Assembly (NCBI GenBank): GCA_964016885.1
Contig: OZ024742.1
Location: forward strand, 186,682,001 to 186,746,000
Direction: 5' to 3'
DNA from: Eledone cirrhosa
Taxonomy: Eukaryota
Length of the DNA: 64,000 nt
The notes beneath the pieces were generated by a model. The model had not been told where the DNA came from and made no database searches. It saw nothing but the letters and a program-made list of their open reading frames with translations. Numbering within the stretch: the stretch's first letter is position 1; each line of letters starts with the position of its first letter. Below are positions 26,917 to 39,025 of this stretch, in pieces. The translations under genes and the position numbers were made by a program.

Positions 26917-27469
26917 AAGAAAGTATCATAATTGAACCACTGACGACTGGAAATAATTTAAATAGTTTTGGGATAAGATGTAGAGAAATGATATGGAATT
27001 ATGAGAATAAAGAGAATAATGCAGAAATCTTAATAAAGATCGCTATGCAATGCCTTTGACCAGTTCTTAAGCACTTGGCATATTGAACAATCTGTGATGT
27101 TGGCAACAATATATTTCGCATATCTCGACTGTCAGTGAGATATTTGATAACGCTGAATATCTCAAGTTTTTATCAGAAACTTTTAAGCTAACTGGCTCCG
27201 TTAATGGAGAAAATTAGGTGTTTCAGCCCGTTAATCAAAGATTTTATACCGCCAAAATAAATTGATGAATTGTTGATAGTAATCCATTGAAATAAGAACG
27301 TATGGGAGATAGTCAAAGGTTGACTATCATCAACGATAGGCATCACTTTTACATAAGATTAAAACAAAAGGCGATGGAAATTAAATGAGTAAACTTTAGC
27401 AAATGAGATTTAAATCATGGGACTCCAAAATGATCAATGCGACTACACTATATAGAGCTAGACAGGATT

Positions 27470-28230
27470 AATCGGGGATGGATGGGATGTTTCAGGGTTA
27501 GATTGCATTACCCAGAAGTAAATGTGGCAACCCGAGATGGATAAGATTTTTAAGGGGTCGATGGCAGTATCCAGAGATGGATGTGGATATAGGAAGGTTG
27601 ATGGGACATTCCTGGGATAAATTGCACTACCGAGAGGTAAATGTGGCTATCCAAGTGCGGATGAGAGTTTCCATGGGTCAATTACACTACCCAGAAGTGA
27701 ATATGGCTACCCGAGGACCAATGGGACTTTTTAAGGGTCATTTACACTATTCAGAGGTGAATGTATCTACACGAGGGTGGACTGGACGTTTCAGTGTTCG
27801 ATTGCGCTACCCCCTGAGGTAAATGTGACAACCGATGGTGGATGGGATTTTCAGGGGTTGATGGCACTAGCCAGAAGTGAATGTGGCTACCCAAGGGTGG
27901 ATGGGATGTTTCCAGGTTTGATTGTACCACCCAGAGGTGGATCGGACTTTCCAGGGCTCAATTATATTACACAAAGGTGGATATGGCTATCCGAGAGTGG
28001 ATGAGACGATTCCGGTTTCGATGTAATACCCAGAGTTAGGTGGAACATTTCTGAGTTCGGTTGCACCACCCAGCGGTGGATGTGGCAACCCGAAGGTGGC
28101 TAGGACCACCCAGAGGTGCATGAGACTATTCAGGGTTCAATGCAGCTACCTAGGGTAGATTGAGCTCCTAAGAGGTCGATGGAGCTCCTCACGAGTGGCT
28201 GGGTTTACCCAGAATTCGATGAGACTACTT
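27470..28230. repeat. Diverged ~60-bp minisatellite (~12 units) with ~20-bp subrepeat
   Basis: Recurring gatgggac.tttcagggt..attgcactacccagaggtgaatgtggctacccgagggtg with 60-bp periodicity from 27481 to about 27960, more irregular after. Confidence 0.8.
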
Positions 28231-28302
28231 AAGAAGGAAATAAATGTTTTGGCGAAAACCTGAATTATATACTGGGGAGTTCTTTTATATTATTTTGACT
28301 GA

Positions 28303-28358
28303 TTTCTTTCCTTCTTTCTTTCTTTTTGTTCATTTGTTTGATTGCTTGTTTCTTTTCT

Positions 28359-28417
<59 letters not shown>

Positions 28418-28697
28418 ATCTTTCGTTCTTCCTTGCGTTCTTTCTTTCTTCCTTTGCTTCTTTCTTTCTTCCTTTCTTTCTTTCGTTCTTTCTTTCGTTC
28501 TTTCTTTCGTTCTTATTTCCTTCCTTTCGTTCTTTCTTTCTTTTGTTCTTCTTTCCTTCCTTTCCTTCTTTCTTTCTTTTTGTTTGTTTGATTGTTTCTT
28601 TCTTTTCTCTCTTTCTTCCTTCTTTCATTCCTTGCTTTCGTTCTTTCTTTCGTTCTTCCTTTTTTTTCTTTCTTTCTTTCTTTCTTTCTTTCTTTAC
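28303..28697. repeat. (CTTT)n-rich simple repeat
   Basis: Direct reading. Confidence 0.95.
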
Positions 28698-28988
28698 TTA
28701 CCTGGGGTTAGTCGATAAGGTTACACAGCCTTTCATGAAACGGTCGATATTCTAAAAAGTCTGGGGATCCCTGATTAAATGCATTAACACGGACTGAACA
28801 CATTTAATATAAAACATGTTTTCACTGACGGCTTCCGTTAAATTCACAAGTTATTTTCAATATTTCCAAGTAATTTTATATGAGATTCAAACCTTCCATT
28901 AATCTTTTGAATGCGTAAATTATGCAATCATGTAGAATATATCTCTTAATTTTCACTTTTAATAACATGGTATTAATATAATAAATTG

Positions 28989-29040
28989 TCTTCTTCTTCT
29001 TCTTTTTCTTCTTCTTCTTCTTCTTCTTCTTCTTCTTCTT

Positions 29041-29071
<31 letters not shown>

Positions 29072-29290
29072 TCACACCAATTCCTGGGAGGGTCATGGGA
29101 AGAGTGGTGGTGTCAAAGTCCTCAAACCCTCCTTCCAGCGGATCCTGTCAGAAGCAACCGTCTCCAACTGATCCGGCTGGATCCCCAAGCGAGACCAGCC
29201 AAGCTCATGGCTGTTATCCAACAATCTTGCCCGGGGTCTGCCTCTGGGGGGTCTTCTGATAAAATATCTTCGTTTCAAAATTCACCCCAA
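28989..29290 (-). mobile_element. 3' end of an RTE-clade LINE with (GAA)n tail
   Basis: Minus ORF RRPPRGRPRAR..ASDRIRW (RTE C-terminal motif) followed by (AAG)n at 28989-29070. Confidence 0.65.
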
Positions 29291-29314
29291 GCCACATTAT
29301 ATGTGTGTATCACA

Positions 29315-29363
<49 letters not shown>

Positions 29364-29397
29364 CACACACACACACACAGAGACATACACACACACA

Positions 29398-29445
<48 letters not shown>

Positions 29446-29739
29446 TATACAGCCTCACACATACACAATGAAAGTTTGCGATATAATATTTGGTTACAGA
29501 AAACAGCTTTAATCTTCCCACCACATCTAGTTACCTCCACCTACCCCACCACAATGTAAATGTTTTGAACGCATTTAAAAATTTACTTCAAACTCTCTTT
29601 CTTTATAACGCTAGAAGCGTTACGAGTATTTTCCTACTATATCAAGCATTAAACTATTATATATCTTCATTGTCCCGCATAATTGGGTGTGTTATTCTCC
29701 ATTTACTATTTATATATATATTATTTGGACCAATCACAA

Positions 29740-32700
29740 GTCAACGGCCTCTGCTATCACTTCTGGCCGCTTTTCGATATGATGGATGGACTAAGGAATT
29801 TCTTGAGAGTCTGAAGAATCTGGACACTCGATGACAATGCCAAAGATAACGACAAATTTACCTCCTGCTACCGGACGAAAGGGCAAGGCCCCCTCCTCTT
29901 TGTTTCGGCCGCGGATGGCCAACATAACCCCAACCCCATCCCCCTCACCTATCCCTGCGCCCCATCCTCGAAACACAATCCAAAACTTCAGAGTTGTACC
30001 ATAAATGTAGGCACCTTAAAAGGCCGCTCTAACGAGGTTGTAGAAATGCTTGAACGTAAGGAGGTTGATGTTTGCTGTATCCAAGAAACCAGGTGGAGAG
30101 GCGGGTCTGCTAGATTCATTGTGGGTAAAAAACGTTGCTATAAGCTTTTCTGGGTGGGAAATGACAATGGGATAGGTGGGGTAGGAATCATGTTAGCAGA
30201 AAAATGGTTGGATAAGATAATAGATGTAAATAGAGTAAATGACAGAATAATTAAAATAAGACTTGTTCTAAATAGAACTACTGTGACAGTAATATCAGCA
30301 TATGCGCCAAAATCCGGATTGCCTGGCGCTATAAAAGACAGATTCTATGAGACACTGATGCTCACTACCTCCCAAATAACCGACAGTGACTATATAATTA
30401 TTGCTGGCGACCTAAATGGCCACGTTGGTCAACATTGTGACGGCTATGACGGAATCCACGGAGGCTATGGGTTTGGTACTAGAAATGAGGAAGCCTCCAG
30501 AATCCTGGAATTCTGTGATGCAAATAACCTAACTATCTGTAACACTAACTTCAAAAAACGAGACAATCACTTGATCACCTACAGATCAGGGGAACATACC
30601 AGCCAGGTAGATTATATCTTTACCAGAAGACGTGACAGAGTGTCTGTTGTAAACAATAAATCCTTCCCCCATGAAGAATGCACCTCCCAACATAGTCTCA
30701 TAGTTAGTGACCTCATAGTCAGGACGAGACGTACTCGACAGCAGAAGAGGATTATCCTCAGGAGAAAAATATGGAAGCTAAAGGACCCCACAGCCAAAAA
30801 TAAATTTCAAAGCATATTACTTGATGCTTTCGACATTAAGGAAGAGCAATTAGAGTCGTACAATATAGAGGAACAGTGAGAATTCCTGAAAGCAAACCTG
30901 CTGATGGCGGCAGACAAAGTCTGTGGCTGGAGCAGGCCTGTAGGCAGGAGGAGAGTAACATGGTGGTGGAACAGTAAGGTGGAGGAGTCAATTAAGGCCA
31001 AAAAGCAGGCTTGGAAAGTATGGCGGGATGGGGGAAGTAGAGAAGACTATCAAGTGGCCAGGAGGGAAGCTAGGAGACAAGTGTACTTCGCAAGAAGGGA
31101 AGCAGAGGAAAGAAAGTTCAAGCATGTTCTACAACGCGGGGACCAAAAACGTGAGGTGTTCAAGATTGCTAGGCAATGTGTCAAGGAAAACCGTGATATT
31201 GTCGAGGAGAAGTGTGTACTTAATGATGATGGCGTACTTGACATCACTGAGGCTGATAAGAAGGTAGCTTGGAAGTGTCACTACGAAAGGCTACTAAATG
31301 GAGAGAATAAATGGGAGAAAGACAGTCTACCCCACATCGACCCAATAGAGGGACCAGCAGTGTTAGTCGAAGGTAGTATAATAAGTAAGGCAATCAAAGA
31401 TATGAAGACGGGTAAGACGGTTGGGCCTTCGGAAATAGTTGCTGAGATGCTGAAAGCCTCTGGAACGGTGGGACACACCATGGTCACCCGGATAGTAAAC
31501 CAAGTCATACAGAATGGGGTTGTTCCGAAGGACTGGCGTAGCAGCATGATCATTAACTGCTACAAGGGTAAAGGTGACGCCCTAGATAGGAGTAACTATA
31601 GAGGCATTAAATTAATCGACCAGGTCATGAAGGTCACGGAAAAAGTAATAGCGCAACTAATCAGAGAGAGAATCGATCTAAATGAAATGCAGTTCGGGTT
31701 TGTGTCAGGCAAAAGTACCACAGACGCTCTTTTCATTGTACGACAACTACAGGAGAAGTACCTAGCTAAAAGTAAACCCCTATACTTAGCTTTCGTCGAC
31801 TTGGAGAAAGCCTTCGACAGCGTCCCCCGTTCCATTATCTGGTGGGCTCTTAGAAAGCTAGGTGTTGATGAATGGCTTGTGAGAGCTATACAAGCCATGT
31901 ATAAAGAAACAATCAGCAAGGTTAGAATTAACAACTAATATAGTGAAGAGTTTAGCGTAAAAGTTGGTGTTCATCAGGGCTCTGTTCTTAGCCCCCTACT
32001 ATTTATTATTGCCCTTCAGGCTATAACAGTGGAGTTCAAGACCGGCTGCCCATGGGAACTCCTATACGCAGATGATCTAACGCTCATAGCTGAATCAAAA
32101 ACCGAGCTAGAGAAGAAATTCCAAACATGGAAGCACGGCCTAGAATCAAAAGGCCTTAACATTAACCTGGCTAAGACTAAAGTTCTAGTTTGTAGGAAAG
32201 AAAATAAGGCGCCGGTCCCTTGCTGGAAATGGCCATGCTAAGTGTGTAGGAAACGCGTAGGTAGAAATTCCATTTTATGTCCCAAATGGGTGCATAAAAG
32301 ATGTAGTGGGATCATAGGTAAGCTAACTAAGAACATAGATTTTACATGTGGCCGGTGCTCTGGTGCAATAAGTAGCAGCAAGTGCCCACAAAATACTAGC
32401 TCTTTCAATTGCGCAGAGGGTTCTATAGAAATAGTGGACAGCTTCCGTTACCTGGGTGACAAAATCAGCAGTGGGGGAGGGTGCTCTGAAAGTACAGTAG
32501 CTAGAGTCAGAACTGGATGGAAAAAGTTCAGAGAGCTTATACCACTATTAGCCGCTAAAGGGTTCTCTCTAAAAATGAAAGGCAGGCTGTATGATGCCTG
32601 CATATGAACAGCAATGTTGGATGGCGGTGAGACCTGGGCATTGTGTGCAGAGGATATACGCAGACTAGAGAGGAACGAAGCTTGCATGCTCCGCTGGATG

Positions 32701-33406
32701 TGTAATAGTAATATACGCGAACGGCAAAGCATAAACGAACTAAGGTAAAAATTAGAAATAAGAGGGATCAGATGTTGTTTACTCGAGAGAAGGCTACGTT
32801 GGTATGGTCACGTAATGCGCACGAAAGACGACAGCTGTATAAAAAAAGTGCAGGGCAATAAAGATAGACGATAGCCACGGAGTAGGCAGACCCAGAAAAA
32901 CCTGGGACGACCTGATAAACTCCGACCTCACACACTTACACCTCTCCAAGACAATGTCACTGGACCGAGATCTTTGGCGGCACTCAGTAATAGAGAAGAC
33001 ACGCCTTACCTAAATACAAAGTAAAACCTACTACAGTCAGTAGGCATCTCTAACAAAATACACCCCCGTCCCACCACCCCCACCCCATCCACACCGCCCC
33101 TTTCAATGTAAAGTTATGTTGGTGCCACAACATCCAGGCCGAAACAAATGAGATCGTGTAGGTGTCACGACAAAAAAACACACAGTCCACGCTGTAATGT
33201 GGCCGTGTAGGCAACACGGTAAAACCCTCCCAGTCCCACACTGTAAATGTCGTTGGTCTTAGGAAGGGTATCCAGCTGTAGAAAACCCGCCAGACAGTCC
33301 TATGCGAGCAAGACAACCACTCTTGCTCAAGTGGGAAAACTCCCGTCCAAACCCATGCAAGCGTGGAACATGGACGTTAAACGATGATGATGATGATTAT
33401 GATGAT
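29740..33406 (+). mobile_element. Near full-length RTE-clade LINE (APE endonuclease + RT), inactivated by in-frame stops, (GAT)n tail
   Basis: NVGTL, CCIQETRW, GDLNGHVG, QVDYIF (APE); NYRGIKL, QFGF, FVDLEKAFD, GVHQGSVLSP, LYADDL (RT). Ends ggacgttaaacgatgatgatgat. Confidence 0.92.
30046..32880 (+). pseudogene. APE-RT polyprotein of the RTE LINE with nonsense mutations
   Basis: ORFs starting at 30046, 30904, 32029 and 32242 are in one frame, separated by stops at 30879, 31938, 32241 and 32607. Confidence 0.9.
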
Positions 33407-33905
33407 ATATATAATAAAGTATGTTCATAGAATCATTTGATAAAATATATACATCAGTTCCTCTCCCAATCAGCATAATCAACCATACAAAAAAACCAAT
33501 TAAACAAGGCTATAAGATTAAAAGGCACCTATGAATAAATAATATATAAATAAACGACAGCTATCTATCCGCACTCAACAGCTATAGAATATTTACCCAG
33601 CATTTATAATAGCACGTGGAAATCGATTATATATATCGTCAAGCATACACAATTAGGTATAAAATCAAAGTTAGAAGAAAACATGTATATAAACATAACA
33701 AAATTATGTTTCTACCCCTTGTGGTTTCATTCGCTTTTTGGAAATATCCGATCAAGGATAAATTCACGAGTTTCGAAATCATCAGGAAACAAACTCACTT
33801 GGACGAACATTTTTCTTAAATGATCCCCGCCAGAAACGAATTGAAAATGGCTAAGAACTGTGAGGTGGCAGTGGTCAAGTCAGAAATAATGTGATTGGTG
33901 CCTTA

Positions 33906-33992
<87 letters not shown>

Positions 33993-33994
<2 letters not shown>

Positions 33995-35215
33995 TGCACA
34001 CACATTAGCTGGGATTGCTACAAGAATAGCCCTAAGCCGTTGTTACAATCGCGCCCCAAAAATTTATATATACTCTGCTTAACGTGTTATCTTCTCTTTG
34101 TCCTGTTTATTAGACCGAATGTATGGTATCTGTGGTATATATATATATATATATATAAAGAGAGAGAATTAGTATATCTACCAACATATGTATACAGATG
34201 TATACCCATGCTAGCAAATATATATGTTATGTCTTAGTACCTTTGTGGTTCTATGCAGGGGGATGCAGAACAATTATATGAAAGACGTAAAATAAGAACA
34301 TTTTTAAAATTAAAAATCAACTTACTAAAATTTTCACTCCAGCTAATTAGTTTCTGTAAGGGAAAAAATATAGTTACGTAACGTAACTATAGAGAATTCC
34401 TTACGTCATCAGGGAGTCTATTCTCAGCTAAGTTCCCAGACAATGCGCGGACACTAGGAACCCATATAAAAATAATAATTCAGTGGATGGAATAAAGCTA
34501 GCGGGGACTAAATTCCAGAGCACTGAAAAAATTCACTGCCTATTTGGTCAGTGGCAGATTCTAAAGAATCAATCACGTGACACTGAGGTTAATCAGTGAG
34601 GAGTGGGGTGGTATTATGACAAGAGCCTACTACTACTACTACCATGAACCATAGCAGTAAATTTTGGCGAGTATTACTCAACAAATAATTTGGAGATAAA
34701 TATAGAGAATTAGTATATCTACCAACATATGTATACAGATGTATACCCATGCTAGCAAATATATATGTTATGTCTTAGTACCTTTGTAGTTCTATGCAGG
34801 GGGATGCAGAACAATTATATGAAAGACGTAAAATAAGAAAATTTTAAAAATTAAAAATCAACTTACTAAAATGTTGACTCCAACTAATTAGTTTCTGTAA
34901 GGGAACAAATATAGTTACGTAACGTAACTATAGAGAATTCCTTACGTCATCAGGGAGTCTATTCTTTTTCAGTGCTCTGGAATTTAGTCCCCGCTAGCTT
35001 TATTCCATCCACTGAATTATTATTTATATATGGGTTCCTAGTGTCCGCGCATTGCCTGGGAACTTAGCTGAGAATAGACTCCCTGATGACGTAAGGAATT
35101 CTCTATAGTTACGTTACGTAACTATATTTGTTCCCTTACAGAAACTAATTAGTTGGAGTGAAAATTTTAGTAAGTAAGTTGATTTTTAATTTTTAAAATT
35201 TTCTTATTTTACGTC

Positions 35216-35300
<85 letters not shown>

Positions 35301-35335
35301 ACAGATACCATACATATATATATCAATATCAGATA

Positions 35336-35370
<35 letters not shown>

Positions 35371-35511
35371 ACAGATACCATACATTCGATCTAATAAACA
35401 GGACAAAGAGAAGAAAACACGTTAATCAGAATATATATAATTTTTTGGCCCGCGATTGTAACAACGGCTTAGGGCTATTCTTGTAGCAATCCCAGCTAAT
35501 GTGTGTGCAGA
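33993..35511. repeat. Nested inverted/direct duplication (outer inverted arms 33993-34140 / 35366-35511; inner 34162-34530, direct copy 34703-34965, inverted copy 34966-35222)
   Basis: Direct comparison of the segments; (TA)n at the junctions. Confidence 0.85.
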
Positions 35512-36489
35512 AACACACACACACATACACACACACACACACACATACACACACACACACACACACAACGCACACACACACAGACACATATATATATATG
35601 TATAAGGTTGCCTACGTTCTAGTTATGACTTCTGATTTCTTTGAAAGCGGACAGGACACCGTGTAGGCTGCATCATCAGAGTTGAGAGTTATTCCAGAAG
35701 AAAAAAAACATTCCAGATAGACTTCGAACAGGAAAAGGATTGCTAAGTTAATTGTGGGGAGGCACCGGGAGTAGATTAGTAATGAACTCCACCAAGTAAT
35801 CTCGGCTCTCAAATAATAGTGTTGTGTGTTTGTGGAATAAGTGGGGTTGAGGTGGGTTCAAAATAAGTAATTTTTCTAGGTTGTCCCCTTGATTTAAAAA
35901 AAAACAGAATTAGTCGTTTAGTTTGCACATGAAACCCTAACCCATACTGTTTATTTTATAACGCATGCGATTTCTAGTAATGTACTATTTTAAGTCATGT
36001 ATGATGCTTTTTAATGTATAAAGAAAAGTAATTGTCGTAGGAATGCTACCACTTAAAATAAAATTTCGCCGTAGAAAGATTAGCAAAATTTAATATGCGG
36101 GGGTTGAGGTGGGTGTAGAATAAGAACGCGAGGAGGGTGCGCGTGAGAAAATCTGAAAAATTAATAAGTGCAAAGGATGGGGGGGGGGGATTATTCGAGA
36201 CCCGAGTGTAAGTAATTTGTCCGCCCCACTTATTTTTTAGATAACATATTACTGTCATTGAGAATTGTCCAGGGATTATCCTACTGATATAAAAGAAGGG
36301 GCAGTAAATGCATTATAACTCTTGCTCAGAAATACTATGAAATACAGAGAACCGCTTTCAAGCTAAAACTGACTTTAATCTTTTGAATGTTTCATGTATG
36401 TAAGTGTAATAAAATAAATTAATAGGTACAGCATTAATTTCTAATATTTAACTTGTTATATGAAATCTCTGTTTATTTCTATGTCTCTA

Positions 36490-36563
<74 letters not shown>

Positions 36564-36682
36564 GTCTGTCTGTCTGGCAATTTTCCTTACTCTCCACAAT
36601 GCATTGCATGTATGTAGTTACGTGCGTACCCACGCATATATATATAGGTAAATACTTACATACTTACATACTTACATATATA

Positions 36683-37298
36683 TAAATGTTCGGTAAACCA
36701 TACGCACATATATATGTGTGCATATGTGTACATATATATATATGTGCATGTATGTATATATACATACTACTGTACGTCTGTATACATATATGTATGTACG
36801 TATACATACTTACATTTAAGTATCAGCCGTACTAAGAGTGAGAAATGAAATTTCATTTCATTCTTTTCCATTTATCGTTTTCGGTACGCCCGGCCGACTA
36901 ACTCACTCGATATGCAAATTAGGCTGCTCAGCCGTTAATATGCATAAGGAAAGTATATACTTTCACACGTTTAATCATCTGACAGGAAGGTATACGATGC
37001 TGACGATAGCTAATAAGCTTGAAACAAGTTCATCGTTCCTTTGTTAGTGTTGAACAAAAGGGCGACGATGGTTGCCGAACACTGTACGGCTTAATTCGGG
37101 CTGTTTATTTACAAACAAATCGAACATTATAATAAGTGTTCGATAAACCCATACGTACATTTATATATATGTGTGCATGTATGTATATATGTACATACTA
37201 CTGTAAGTCTGTATTCATATATGTATGTACGTATACATACTTTCATTTAAGTATCAGCCGTACTAAGAGTGGGAAATGAAATTTTATTTCATTCTTTT

Positions 37299-37300
<2 letters not shown>
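36683..37300 (+). mobile_element. Retrozyme-like unit, copy B (~1.4 tandem units, period ~431 bp)
   Basis: tatcagccgtactaagagtg.gaaatgaaattt repeated (taagagtg at 36833 and 37264). Reverse complement of 20915-21378. Ends in (TA)n. Confidence 0.65.
36994..37036 (+). ncRNA. Minimal type I hammerhead ribozyme
   Basis: ACGATG-CTGACGA-tAGCTaataAGCTt-GAAA-caag-TT-CATCGT; perfect 6-bp stem I and intact core. Confidence 0.65.
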
Positions 37301-37347
<47 letters not shown>

Positions 37348-37360
37348 TATATATACGTAG

Positions 37361-37470
<110 letters not shown>

Positions 37471-38872
37471 ATAATAATAAATTTGAAGACTAAAATCCAA
37501 AGAGGGCTCGATAAGGATGTGGATTTGTCTTTGCGTGTAATTGTTCTCACCGCTCCAGATAATGACGTATTATCTTCGTGTTTTCTGTTCATTTCTAGAC
37601 AATGTCTCCACGAACCACCTAATAGAATATTAGTCTACGACTTTATTTATACCATAAACGTGTAATTGTTTTCACCGCTCCAAATTATGACGTATTATCT
37701 CTGTCTTTATCCGTTCTTTGCCAGAGAACGTTTCCAGGAACCAAAGTACCGTATTCCTGTCTTCCTTCGGTTGCAACGTTTTTTGAAATATATACTTCTG
37801 CGTTCACAGATTGATTTTTTAGTTTCAGAAGAACCCGTTAAGGGTGAAAGCAGTGATTCTTTGCTTAAACTTTAATCTGTTATTTTAATAAATATATATA
37901 TATATATATATATTATTCAGAATATTAATAAATGAAGACATTCACATAATCAAAATATATGTTTTATTATATATATTTCGAAGGTACCGTGCTGTTTTTT
38001 CAGTACGTCCTTGTCAGATAAAAAACATGAATTGATGTATGACATACCTCAACAGTATTGGCAGTGATTCATTACAACAAATCTCAACATTTATATACCA
38101 CAAATAATAACATGATAAACTTAAATTTAATGAAGAAGAGGATGTGGAGCGAGAAATGGGTATAAGGAGGGGGGTGAGTATGAGGAAAAGCACGAAGAAA
38201 ATAAATAAATACATACATGCATAAATATTTAAATGCGTAAATATACGTGTTATGGAAGAAAAAGGGAGAGAGAGAGAGAGAGAGAGAGATAGAAGAGAGA
38301 ACAAGAAAGAAAAAAGAAAAAAGAAAAAAGAAAAAAGAAAAAAGAAAAAAGAAAAAAGAAAAAAGAATGAAATAACGGCAAAAAAGAAAGAGAAATGATG
38401 TGTGACCGTTGCTTCCAATAATAAGTCAAATAGAAACGACCAATTAAATACCATGAATTTTTTTAATATCTTTTTTATTTGGTTATGTTTAAACTAATTA
38501 TACTAATATATTATATCAAAATTAAACAATATAAAACTATTTTCTATAGCAATCAGAACCATAGTTTAACTAAGTAATATATTTACTAAATATTTTGTTA
38601 AAATATTCAAAAACATTTTTATCTTTAAAGCAAGTTTAAATACCTATTAAATATGTATAAGGATATTTACTAAAACCCATGCATATATCACCATCAGTAT
38701 ATATATTTTATATTATGTTAAGAATTATTATCTGAATAACACTATTTTCATTATAAAATCATTTAAATTCATTGGTTGTCATTTCATTACAGGATTAATT
38801 AGTAGTTATATTTACTCTTAAAAGTATTTTTATTTCGATGTTACTTCCGTAATTACATATTATTATATATAG

Positions 38873-39025
38873 CGGTGAATTGGCAGTATCGGTAGAGGGT
38901 CGGACATGCTTTCCAACATACTTACGTCCCTTTATGATCTGACTTCAAACCCCGCCGAGGTTAACTTTGCCTTTCATCCATACGGGGTCGATGTAATTGC
39001 TGGCCTTTTGCCAAAAGTAAAAACA
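38873..39025 (+). mobile_element. Nin/Deu-like tRNA SINE inserted in the left pLTR arm only
   Basis: Same family as 2925. TSD attatatatag (38862-38872 / 39026-39036). The right arm shows the empty site near 41144-41154. Confidence 0.8.

Noticed and set aside
35078-35130. Hammerhead-like CTGATGA-cgtaa...ttac-GTAAC
   Set aside because: GAAA core and stems I and III could not be fitted.
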